Shown here one piece after another: positions 11,099 to 19,874 of a DNA stretch of 64,000 nucleotides (positions are counted from its first letter, which is position 1; each line of letters opens with the position of its first letter). The notes under the pieces were generated by a model that ran no database searches, was not told where the DNA came from, and saw nothing but the letters and a program-made list of their open reading frames with translations. The position numbers and the translations under genes were made by a program. The stretch lies in assembly GCA_965237805.1 (NCBI GenBank), contig OZ250153.1, positions 672,001 through 736,000 of the forward strand, read 5' to 3'. Source of the DNA: Gammaproteobacteria bacterium (GTDB taxonomy: Bacteria; Pseudomonadota; Gammaproteobacteria; JABABF01).

Positions 11099-12052
11099 TC
11101 AAGCACCGAAACGGTGGCGACCACGACCGCGGGGTCCCCCATCCGGTGCGCCTCTGCGTCCCCGCCGCCACCGCTGGCGCGGCTGCGCCGCTCTCGGCAC
11201 GGCATCGCGCAACAGGAAACGCAACTGGCCCAACGCACCAAAATCCGCCGTGTAGAAGCCGTCGCTCGTGGCCGGGACCAGCGGGCCGAGCGCGCCACTC
11301 AGCAATAGCTGGCCGCGCCGCAGCGGCCAGCCTGCCGCCAAAACGCGGTTCGCCAGCCACATCCCCGCATGCCATGGGGAACCCATCGTGGCAGTGCCGG
11401 TGCCAGCAGCCAACTCGAGCCCGTCGCGGCGCAGCACGACGCGCAGGCTATCGAGCTGCAAGCTGCCGACGCTGTACGGCGTACCGATGAAGAAGTGGCG
11501 CAACGCCACATTGCTGGCGATCAGGTCATAACCGCTAAAGTCGCTGGACTCAAAGCCGAGATCCGGCACTTCCACCGCTGGTGCCACAGCACTGACTGCG
11601 GCCCGGAATTCGGCCACTGTCTTGAATGGCTGCGCGACATCGCGCCCCAAGATCAGCACCAGCTCGAGCTCTATCATCGCCCGCCTATAGCGCTGCGCTG
11701 GCACGATAAAGTGTCCCCCCGCTACCGCGCGCAGCCGCGAGCGACCAGACAACACGCCGAATACCGGCTCGCTCAGGGCGAAGCGCTCCGGAGCCCCGGG
11801 GGCAGTCAACCCCGCCTTGAAACCGATCAGCTCGTCATCGCGCAACAGGCGCTCCACACGCCGCCGCTGGGCGAGATAGGGATCGACTCCCGTCGCGGCG
11901 CGCACCACCGGCCACGGTGGCGGCGAACTCCGCACTGCCCGCAGCTGATGATGGGACGGGTGCTGAACCGAGCCATGCCCGCGCCAAGGCCGATGCGAGT
12001 GGCAAGCGGCGAGCGCTGTCACTGCGCAACACAGCACGACACCGACACGCAT
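11099..12052 (-). CDS. 2-keto-4-pentenoate hydratase-like (FAH superfamily) protein with predicted lipoprotein signal
   Basis: GFKAGLT, EPVFGVL, IELELV, PAVEVPD, GQLLLSGALG. The N-terminus from ATG 12052 is MRVGVVLCCAVTALAAC. Confidence 0.82.
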   Translation of the reverse strand: MRVGVVLCCAVTALAACHSHRPWRGHGSVQHPSHHQLRAVRSSPPPWPVVRAATGVDPYLAQRRRVERLLRDDELIGFKAGLTAPGAPERFALSEPVFGVLSGRSRLRAVAGGHFIVPAQRYRRAMIELELVLILGRDVAQPFKTVAEFRAAVSAVAPAVEVPDLGFESSDFSGYDLIASNVALRHFFIGTPYSVGSLQLDSLRVVLRRDGLELAAGTGTATMGSPWHAGMWLANRVLAAGWPLRRGQLLLSGALGPLVPATSDGFYTADFGALGQLRFLLRDAVPRAAQPRQRWRRGRRGAPDGGPRGRGRHRFGA

Positions 12053-12111
12053 GCTGGGTGCGAAGATGCCGCCATCTCGTGCCCTAGCGGTGGCAGCTCG
12101 CACCACTGCCC

Positions 12112-12846
12112 TCAGCGCAATACCCATAGACAATCCATCTCCCACCACCCATCAGGGACTTCCCTGCGCTGCCATTTGCCACCTCGGAACTCCCCGGATC
12201 CCTCAAAGCGGTAGTTTGTGTCCAACAATTGTTTGAATGCGCTCAAGCTATTGTCTGGCAAGTCGTAGCAATTACCGTACTCGTCTTTGGTCACCTCACA
12301 ACAGATGCTGCCAATTCGACGCGACTCGATAAGCGGCTGTAGGGTGCGCAACACCGTCAAATCCATGCCTTGGATATCGCTAATATAGCTATCTATGGCA
12401 TCGATGTTCTCGCGCTGCACAAAATGGATTAAATTGAGGCAAGGCACCCTGATTGTTCGAAGCATCTCTAGTAGCGGCTCAGCTGCATCTTGTCTGTGTC
12501 TGATAAGATCTTCGGTGAATTGGCCAATAGACGAAGACCCGCCGGCGCAATTACTAATATGAAAATCTATGGTGCCATCGTGGTCGCTAAGGGCGTAATT
12601 CAAAACCTGCACGCTGGGGCACAAGCAATATAAACTGACAAGTGAGGAGGCCAGTTCTGGATCTGCCTCAAAAAGGTAACTCTTTTTATAGCGATGAGTC
12701 AGCTGGGTACAACTATCCCCACGGTGTGCACCGCAATAGACCAGTACGTTTTTTTGCTCTCCGGCCCTCCAGTAACGCCACTGCAGATGTCGCACCCCCA
12801 GGTAGAGCCATTGCTTGAGCGACATGAGTGAGGGGAAGTGAGCCAT
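12112..12846 (-). CDS. FkbM-family SAM-dependent methyltransferase
   Basis: YCGAHRG, FEADP, ALSDHDG, DIQGMDLTVL. Lower GC than neighbours (28/60 at 12541-12600). ATG overlaps the ligase stop (TGATG). Confidence 0.85.
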   Translation of the reverse strand: MAHFPSLMSLKQWLYLGVRHLQWRYWRAGEQKNVLVYCGAHRGDSCTQLTHRYKKSYLFEADPELASSLVSLYCLCPSVQVLNYALSDHDGTIDFHISNCAGGSSSIGQFTEDLIRHRQDAAEPLLEMLRTIRVPCLNLIHFVQRENIDAIDSYISDIQGMDLTVLRTLQPLIESRRIGSICCEVTKDEYGNCYDLPDNSLSAFKQLLDTNYRFEGSGEFRGGKWQRREVPDGWWEMDCLWVLR

Positions 12847-14441
12847 CAGCTGTCTGCGCTGTCGACAGCGACTGCGGACCACTCACGCAACTGGTTCTTG
12901 AGCACTTTGCCAGCGGCGTTCAGCGGCAGAGCCTCGCACAGCCGCACCGAACGCGGCACTTTATAGTTAGCGAGGCGCTCGCGACACCACGCGATCAACT
13001 CCCGCTCATCAATCTCTGCCCCTAGCGTCGGCACCACCCACAGCTGCGCGACCTCGCCGAGGCGCTCGTCTGGCACGCCGATAACCGCCGCGTGGGTAAT
13101 GTCGCGCCGCTCGCCCAGCGCATTTTCGATCTCGGCCGGATAGCAGTTGAAGCCACCGCAGATGAACATATCCGTGATGCGGTCGGTGATGCGGATGTAG
13201 CCGCGCTGATCCATCACCGCTACATCGCCGGTGGCGAGCCAACCCTCGGCGTCGATCGCCGCCGCTGTCGCCTCGTCATCCTCGAAATAGCCACGCATGA
13301 CATTGAAGCCGCGCACCAACAGTTCGCCCGGCTCGCCGCTCGGCACATCGTTTCCCGCCGCGTCCACACAGCGCAGCTCGACGCCCGGTATGGCCTTGCC
13401 AGCAGTGGTGGCGATGGTCTGTGGGTCGTCGTCGGCATCGCAGATGGTGGCGCAGCCGCAGCTCTCCGTCAGGCCATAGCCAGTGACCACCGAGGAGAAG
13501 CCGAGCTCGTCGCGGATACGTCGCACCAGCTCCTCGGGCACCGACGCCGCGCCGGTGACAGCCAAGCGCAGGCTCGACAAGTCGACCTCGGTGCGCCGGG
13601 GATGCGCCAACAGCGATTGATAGATGGTCGGCGGGCCGGGTAGCATCGTCACCCGCTGCGCGGCGATGCGGTGCAACACCTCGTCCGGGTCAAAATGCAA
13701 CACTGGCAGAATGCGACAGCCCCGGATCAGCGAGGCCAGCCAGCCAGCTTTGTAACCGAAAGCGTGGAAAAAAGGAGCGATGATCAGATAGTTATCCTCC
13801 TCGCTCAGGCCCACAGTACGGCTCCAAATATCATAGACACGCAGGTTCTGAGCATGGGCGCTGAGCACACCCTTGGACTTGCCAGTGGTGCCCGAAGTGA
13901 ACATCAGATCCAGCAAATCCTCCCCGCTTGCACGCACGAGGCGATGCTCGAGTTCAGTGGCAGCAGCCACGCCAGCGGCATCGCCGTCGGCGAGGAAATG
14001 CTCCCAGTCTGAGCATCCCGGTGCCGTGCCGTTCAACAGAATGCGCTCGCGCAGCTGCGGCAGCTCCTGATCACGCAACATGCCGAGGTAGTCGATGTCG
14101 AGAAAGTCGGTGACTGTGAACAGCAACCGCGCCTTGCTGCGGCGCAGGATCCAGCCCGCCTCGGCACCCTTGAGCCGGGTATTGAGCGGCACCAGCAGGC
14201 CGCTGGCCAACTGCACGCCGAGGGCGGCGATGATCCACTGCCATCGGTTCGGTGCCCAAATGGCGGCGCACTCGCCGGGCTCCAAGCCAGCGGCGATGCA
14301 GGCACGTGCAGCGCGGTGAGCGGCCTCGCGCAGCGCGATGTAGCTGAATTGTTGCGCACCGTCCTCAATGGCAATCCGCGCGCCATGCCGTTGCGCCGAC
14401 CGCTCAAGCAAGGCGGCAATGGTCGGCGGCGTGTCACTCAT
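12846..14441 (-). CDS. Acyl-CoA ligase, FadD3-like (AMP-binding)
   Basis: MFTSGTTGKSKG, PFFHAFGYKAG, GYGLTE, TGD, GGFNCYPAEIE, NYKVP, GKVLK. Confidence 0.9.
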   Translation of the reverse strand: MSDTPPTIAALLERSAQRHGARIAIEDGAQQFSYIALREAAHRAARACIAAGLEPGECAAIWAPNRWQWIIAALGVQLASGLLVPLNTRLKGAEAGWILRRSKARLLFTVTDFLDIDYLGMLRDQELPQLRERILLNGTAPGCSDWEHFLADGDAAGVAAATELEHRLVRASGEDLLDLMFTSGTTGKSKGVLSAHAQNLRVYDIWSRTVGLSEEDNYLIIAPFFHAFGYKAGWLASLIRGCRILPVLHFDPDEVLHRIAAQRVTMLPGPPTIYQSLLAHPRRTEVDLSSLRLAVTGAASVPEELVRRIRDELGFSSVVTGYGLTESCGCATICDADDDPQTIATTAGKAIPGVELRCVDAAGNDVPSGEPGELLVRGFNVMRGYFEDDEATAAAIDAEGWLATGDVAVMDQRGYIRITDRITDMFICGGFNCYPAEIENALGERRDITHAAVIGVPDERLGEVAQLWVVPTLGAEIDERELIAWCRERLANYKVPRSVRLCEALPLNAAGKVLKNQLREWSAVAVDSADS

Positions 14442-15136
14442 AGCCGCCCCACTCCACGCAGCTGCTCCGTCTGCAGGCCTGATCGCATAATCGACGGGGC
14501 ATCTGGGCGCACTAATAGGAAGCTCGCATACCACGCGATGATCGAGAGCGTCAGCCACCACTGGTAGGATTTGTTGTACAACTCGGGCAGCAACAGCTTG
14601 GTGCCGAGATAGGATGCCAACACCACGATCTGCGCGATATGCAGGGCGAGGCGCAGATAGACGGCACGCAGTTCATCGTGCCGACGTAGCCCCCAATTGA
14701 TACGACAGTACATGAACTGGGCGACCACCATCAAGCCGAAGAAGCTATTGGCGCAGATGGTGTGTAGATGCCACGCCGTCTGCTGCTCGCCTTGAATCAG
14801 CGCAGTGGAGGCGAGCAGGAACACGCAGGCGGTGATGCCCAGCGCAGCGATACGCTGCAACTGCTTGCGGTTGCCGCCGAGCTGCTCGAGCCGCTGGCAC
14901 AGACAGTAGAAAAGCAAGGCCATGCAGGCCGCCGTCGGCATCAGCAAAAAACGGAATAGATAAGAGGCTGGCGGATAAAGGGCCGTGTGGGTGATATCGG
15001 TGCAGCCGTGGATCAGCGGCAAGCACCAAGGAACATGGCCGTGCAGCACTGAGATCAGATAGGTGGCGGCAAACAGCAAGGGCGGCACCAGCACCGTGAA
15101 CAGCAACAGCGGAAAAATATTGATACAGCTGATCAT
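14438..15136 (-). CDS. Polytopic membrane protein, Frag1/DRAM/Sfk1-like
   Basis: About six hydrophobic segments and a HVPWCLPLIHGCTDIT loop. Stop overlaps the ligase ATG (ATGA). Family call from memory of the motif. Confidence 0.6.
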   Translation of the reverse strand: MISCINIFPLLLFTVLVPPLLFAATYLISVLHGHVPWCLPLIHGCTDITHTALYPPASYLFRFLLMPTAACMALLFYCLCQRLEQLGGNRKQLQRIAALGITACVFLLASTALIQGEQQTAWHLHTICANSFFGLMVVAQFMYCRINWGLRRHDELRAVYLRLALHIAQIVVLASYLGTKLLLPELYNKSYQWWLTLSIIAWYASFLLVRPDAPSIMRSGLQTEQLRGVGRL

Positions 15137-15386
15137 TGATGAACTGAGCGCCCCAAAGCGGCACTGCGCAACGGCACCAGACACTGAGTGCTGATGTCAA
15201 ATTGTAACAAATAGCCATCACACGACTCCTCCGGAGAGCATCACCGTAGCGGAACGGACGCTGGCCGACCAGCGCTACCCAATGAATCAAATCACCGACA
15301 TCAGCAACTGATTTAGCGCTTGACCCAGCGCTGGTGCAAGGCCAATGTAGGCACTGATAAACAACGCAGTACAACGAGTCGAGACA

Positions 15387-15863
15387 GTGAAGCTCAGCGC
15401 ACATTGCCACAGAGCAGGATATGCCATCTACAAGGGAATCGCCACCATCTGGCAACAGTGGCAAACGACCGGGCGCAGGGCAGCAGCCATCCCAGCGACG
15501 GCTCATCACCCCCGCTGGTGGAATCAGCGCCAGTGCTCTGAGGTACGGGAACCCACCACACGCAACCCACCGACAGGAAGGATACAAGCAGCAACACCAA
15601 AACTGGGCTGTGCCGAGCGAGGCGGGCGCAAGCTCGGGGACTGGCAGCGGCGCGTGTTGCGCTACTGCGTAGCGGGCCCCGCGACCGGGAGGGAGTTGCT
15701 GGTGGTCGCCGGTTACGCCCAGCGCACAGGCAACTTCAAGCGTGGGCTACTCAAATTACGCGGGCTGGAGCTACTGGAGTTCAGCATCCCAGACCAACCG
15801 CGCAGCAAGCGACAACGCTACCGGCTGACGCTGCGGGGGCAGCAATATTTGGCGCGGCAATGA
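15387..15863 (+). pseudogene. Orphan C-terminal winged-helix fragment (Fic-like C-terminal domain)
   Basis: LLEFSIPDQPRSKRQRYRLT matches the IPDKPxSxxQxYRLT tail of Fic and AlbA/RecG-C proteins. The same frame upstream has three stops. Confidence 0.65.
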
Positions 15864-15956
15864 GTGCTGGCACAGCCACTGTGGGCAAGCAAGAAGTGCG
15901 GGGGCCGAGCCGACGCGCGCACTCGCTATCAATCAACGCGACAGCTCGCGTCTAGC

Positions 15957-17615
15957 TCAGGGACGGCACAAGCCCCCAGTCAACAACCAAGGATCGCAGT
16001 CGTAGATCAACCGCCCGCGCTCGCCGTGCAGATAATCGAGCAGGCGCATGGCTCGGGGCGGCGGCATACCCGGGGCTGGTGAGTCCTGCAAGGCTGCCAG
16101 CGGCTGTGGATAGTCAGCCCAGTCGAGCGGCGCATGCCAGCCCGGCGGTGCCATGATCTGGATGCGCGCACTACTGATCGGATGGCGGCTACGCCAGTAC
16201 CGAATCGCCTCCGCCATGGTCTGCGCTATATTGGGTTGCCGTCTGGCCAAGTTGTTGTACTCACTGGGATCATTGCGCAGGTCAAACAATTCGTTGAGGA
16301 TGTTGATGCTGGTCAGCTCGTGCTCGACAGACTGCACCAGCTTCCAGCGATCGCCGATCGCCGCCAGTGACAGCGAGCCGTAGATCGGAGTCTCGGCACC
16401 AACGATGAAGAGATCTGGATAAGGCACTGTCTCGCCATCGCGGATCGCCGCCCACAGATCGCGCCCATCCAAGTCCTTCTTATTGAGCGTGGGCACACTG
16501 GCTGCCGATGCCAAGGTCGGGAACACATCCATCATCGTCATCATCGAATTCCACTGCGTGCCGGGGGCTAGCTGACCCGGCCAGCTCAACATTGCCATGA
16601 CGCGGATGCCACCCTCGTAGGCATCGCCCTTGCCGCCGCGCAACGGACTGTTGTCGCCACCGCTGGCGGCACGCACTACTTCGCCACCGTTGTCGCTCAT
16701 GAACAACACGATGGTGTCATTGGCAACACCCTCAGCATCCAAGGCAAATAATACCTGCCCGATGGCCCGATCCAGCGCCTCCACCACAGCCGCATAGGTG
16801 GGCCGCTTGCTCCGGGCACCGCGCAAGGTTCCAAACTGGTTGATGCGATCAGACTGGCTACGCGACAGGCCGCGCCGATCGGGCAGATCGCGGTACTTGT
16901 CCAGCAAATCCGCCGGTGCCTCCAGCGGAGAATGCGGCGCGAGAAAAGGCAGGTAAAGGAAGAAGGGCTTCTTCTTGTCGCGGCGGCGAAGCCAACGCCG
17001 CGCCTCGGTCGACAACAGATAAGTCTCGTAGCCCTCATCGGTGATAGTGACACCGTTGCGCTGAAAATCGATGCCACCTTGATTGGAAAATGGCGGGAAG
17101 TAGCCGACCTCGGTGTGTAGGTGACCATAAAAATGATCGAAGCCGCGTGCGTTGGGGTGGAAAATCTGCTGCGAGTGTCCCAAATGCCACTTGCCAATGA
17201 TGGCTGTCTGATAGCCAGCAGCTCGGAAGCTCTCGGGCATGAGATGCTCATCGGTGTGGAGACCGTGATTGTGCCAAGGCAACAACGCTGTGTAGGCAAA
17301 ACCCAGCACCGCCGAATCGCGGCCAGTCAGCAGTGAAGCAAGGGACGGCGAGCAGAGCGGGGTGGTGTAGAAGCGCCGCAGTTCTACGCCTTCCTTGGCC
17401 AGACGGTCTAGTGCGGGCGTGTCGATGTCGCTGCCGCGGAAGCTGGCATCGGCCCAGCCCAAATCGTCGGCGACGATGAGCAGGACATTGGGTTGCTTGG
17501 CCTCCACCAGCGCCACTGGCACAAATAGCAGGCACAAGGATGCGAACAGAGACGATGCAAGCCGCAACCCCGGCCACCGTTCCGGGAACATCCTCATCGC
17601 CGCCATTGCAATCAT
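15957..17615 (-). CDS. Arylsulfatase-family protein with degenerate formylglycine motif
   Basis: ADDLG, CSPSLASLLTGR, GKWHLG, APH, SDNGG, signal peptide. Close paralogue of the adjacent upstream gene, joined by a TGATG overlap. Confidence 0.9.
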   Translation of the reverse strand: MIAMAAMRMFPERWPGLRLASSLFASLCLLFVPVALVEAKQPNVLLIVADDLGWADASFRGSDIDTPALDRLAKEGVELRRFYTTPLCSPSLASLLTGRDSAVLGFAYTALLPWHNHGLHTDEHLMPESFRAAGYQTAIIGKWHLGHSQQIFHPNARGFDHFYGHLHTEVGYFPPFSNQGGIDFQRNGVTITDEGYETYLLSTEARRWLRRRDKKKPFFLYLPFLAPHSPLEAPADLLDKYRDLPDRRGLSRSQSDRINQFGTLRGARSKRPTYAAVVEALDRAIGQVLFALDAEGVANDTIVLFMSDNGGEVVRAASGGDNSPLRGGKGDAYEGGIRVMAMLSWPGQLAPGTQWNSMMTMMDVFPTLASAASVPTLNKKDLDGRDLWAAIRDGETVPYPDLFIVGAETPIYGSLSLAAIGDRWKLVQSVEHELTSINILNELFDLRNDPSEYNNLARRQPNIAQTMAEAIRYWRSRHPISSARIQIMAPPGWHAPLDWADYPQPLAALQDSPAPGMPPPRAMRLLDYLHGERGRLIYDCDPWLLTGGLCRP

Positions 17616-19279
17616 CAGTCCGGATCTGGACGACACAGGTGGCCGCTTTGCAAGTCGCAGTCGTAGATCAATCGCCCGCGCGCACCATGCGCGATATCCA
17701 GCGAGTTCAGCGCACGGGGCGGTGCCAAGCCGAGTGCTGGCTGCGCCTGCAGCTCGTCCAGCTGCCGTATGCTGTGACTCCAATCGCGCGGCGCACGCCA
17801 ACCCGGCGGCGGCATCAACTCGGTACGGGTGCCGCTGATCGGATAGCGGCTGCGCCACTGGTAGATCTCACGCTCCAAACGCTGTACGACAGCGGGGTGT
17901 TCAGCCGCCAAATCTGTCGCTTCATTGGGATCGGCGTGCATGTCGAAGAGCTCGTTGACGACCGTGATATGGTTCAATCCCTCGCGCACATGCTGCACCA
18001 ACTTCCAACGCTCCTCGATCGCCGCCAGCTCGATGGAGCCATGAATCGGCGTCTCGGAGCCGACGATAAAGCGCCCTTCGTGCGCCACCGCCTCAGATGT
18101 TTGAATCGCTGGCCACAAATTGCGCCCGTCCAGCTTGCGCTTGTTGCGCAACGGCACCTGAGCAGCTGCCGCCAGCGTCGGCATCACATCCATCACAGTC
18201 ATCATCGAATCCCACTGCGCGCCAGCCGGTACGTGACCCGGCCAACGCAACACGGCCATGACGCGGATGCCCCCCTCATAGGTGTTACCCTTGCCCCCGC
18301 GCAACGGGAAGTTCTCGCCGCCACTGGTGCTCCACACCACCTCGCCGCCGTTATCGCTCAAGAACAACACGATGGTGTCGTCGGCGATGCCCTCCTCATC
18401 CAGCGTGCCCAGCACTCGAGAGATCGCCTGATCCATCGCATCGACCACCGCCGCATACATCGACCGTTGAGTGGAGGCGAAGGAGAGTAAGCCCAAACGG
18501 TTGATGCGGTCTGCGGAGCTGCGCGAAGAATGGCGTTTAACCTTCATATCCCGATATTTCTCGACCAAGTCATCGGGGGCTTCCAGCGGTGAGTGCGGCG
18601 CGATAAAAGGCATATAGAGGAAGAAAGGCTTCTTCTTGTCGCGCTCGCGAATCCAGCGCTGCGCCTCGGCCGCCAACAGGAAGGTCTCGTAGCCGTCATC
18701 CTTGATGGTGATGCCATTGCGCTGAAAATCGATGCCCCCTTGGTTGGCAAAGGGCGGAAAATAACCGACCTCAGTGTGCAGATGGCCGTAGAAATCATCG
18801 AAACCGCGATTGTTGGGATGGAAGACCTGCTGCGAGTGCCCCAAGTGCCACTTGCCGACAATGGCGGTCTGATAACCGGCAGCGCGGAAGCTCTGCGGCA
18901 TGAAGTGCTCGTCCGTATGGATGCCGTGGTTGTGCCAAGGCATGATGACACCGTAGACGACACCGAGACGCACCGGGTCGCGACCGGTCATCAATGCGGC
19001 ACGGGTAGGCGAACAGATTGGCGTGGTATAGAAGCGGCGCAGATCGGTCCCCTCTTTGGCCAAGCGATCGATGCCCGGGGTGTCGATCTGGCTACCGCGG
19101 TAGCTGGCATCAGCCCAGCCCAAATCATCGGCCAAAAAGATGATGACATTGGGACGCGGCACTGCCCCCTCCGCCGGGAGAGGCGCGGCCAATAGTAACA
19201 ACAGCGGTAATAGGGAAAAGACTGGCAAGAATACTACTCTCAAATCAATCGCCACACAAGGATAGCACAGCGAAGCCAT
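17615..19279 (-). CDS. Arylsulfatase (Cys-type)
   Basis: ADDLG, canonical CSPTRAALMTGR, GKWHLG, SDNGG, signal peptide. Start uncertain. Confidence 0.94.
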   Translation of the reverse strand: MASLCYPCVAIDLRVVFLPVFSLLPLLLLLAAPLPAEGAVPRPNVIIFLADDLGWADASYRGSQIDTPGIDRLAKEGTDLRRFYTTPICSPTRAALMTGRDPVRLGVVYGVIMPWHNHGIHTDEHFMPQSFRAAGYQTAIVGKWHLGHSQQVFHPNNRGFDDFYGHLHTEVGYFPPFANQGGIDFQRNGITIKDDGYETFLLAAEAQRWIRERDKKKPFFLYMPFIAPHSPLEAPDDLVEKYRDMKVKRHSSRSSADRINRLGLLSFASTQRSMYAAVVDAMDQAISRVLGTLDEEGIADDTIVLFLSDNGGEVVWSTSGGENFPLRGGKGNTYEGGIRVMAVLRWPGHVPAGAQWDSMMTVMDVMPTLAAAAQVPLRNKRKLDGRNLWPAIQTSEAVAHEGRFIVGSETPIHGSIELAAIEERWKLVQHVREGLNHITVVNELFDMHADPNEATDLAAEHPAVVQRLEREIYQWRSRYPISGTRTELMPPPGWRAPRDWSHSIRQLDELQAQPALGLAPPRALNSLDIAHGARGRLIYDCDLQSGHLCRPDPD

Positions 19280-19359
19280 TGCAAAAGCACAATCAACTAG
19301 GAATGGCGGCTTGTGTCATAATCAAGCGGCGTGCGGGCGATCCAGCTCAGGCTCGGCAG

Positions 19360-19674
19360 ATGGACAGCAGACAACAACGCATCGAAAGCACCCTGCGCGA
19401 GCTGCTGGCACCGGCGCATCTGGAAGTGGTCAACGAGAGCGACAGCCACCGTGGCCCGCCCGGGCGCGAGAGCCATTTCCGCGTCGTGGCGGTGAGCAAA
19501 ACCTTCAGCAGCACGCCGATGGTGGCACGCCACCGCCATCTCTACCAACTGCTTGCTGGCGAGCTGCGAAGTGGCCTGCACGCGCTGTCCCTGCAGCTGC
19601 ACAGCCCCGAGGAGTGGGCCGATCAAGGCGGCGCGGCGGCGAGCCCAGAATCGCCGCCCTGCCGCGGCGATTGA
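19360..19674 (+). CDS. bolA: BolA-family protein
   Basis: LEVVNESDSH, ESHFRVVAVS, RHRHLY, GLHAL, SPPCRG. Confidence 0.92.
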   Translation: MDSRQQRIESTLRELLAPAHLEVVNESDSHRGPPGRESHFRVVAVSKTFSSTPMVARHRHLYQLLAGELRSGLHALSLQLHSPEEWADQGGAAASPESPPCRGD

Positions 19675-19730
19675 GTGTGTGGCAACGAAATCGCAAACCG
19701 CCCTGTGCTAGTATGCCCACACATGGCTGG

Positions 19731-19807
<77 letters not shown>

Positions 19808-19874
19808 ATCTCGGATCGACTGGCCCGATCCTATGCGCGCTGGCCACCCCTCCTCTGTAAGAACCTAAGGCTCC

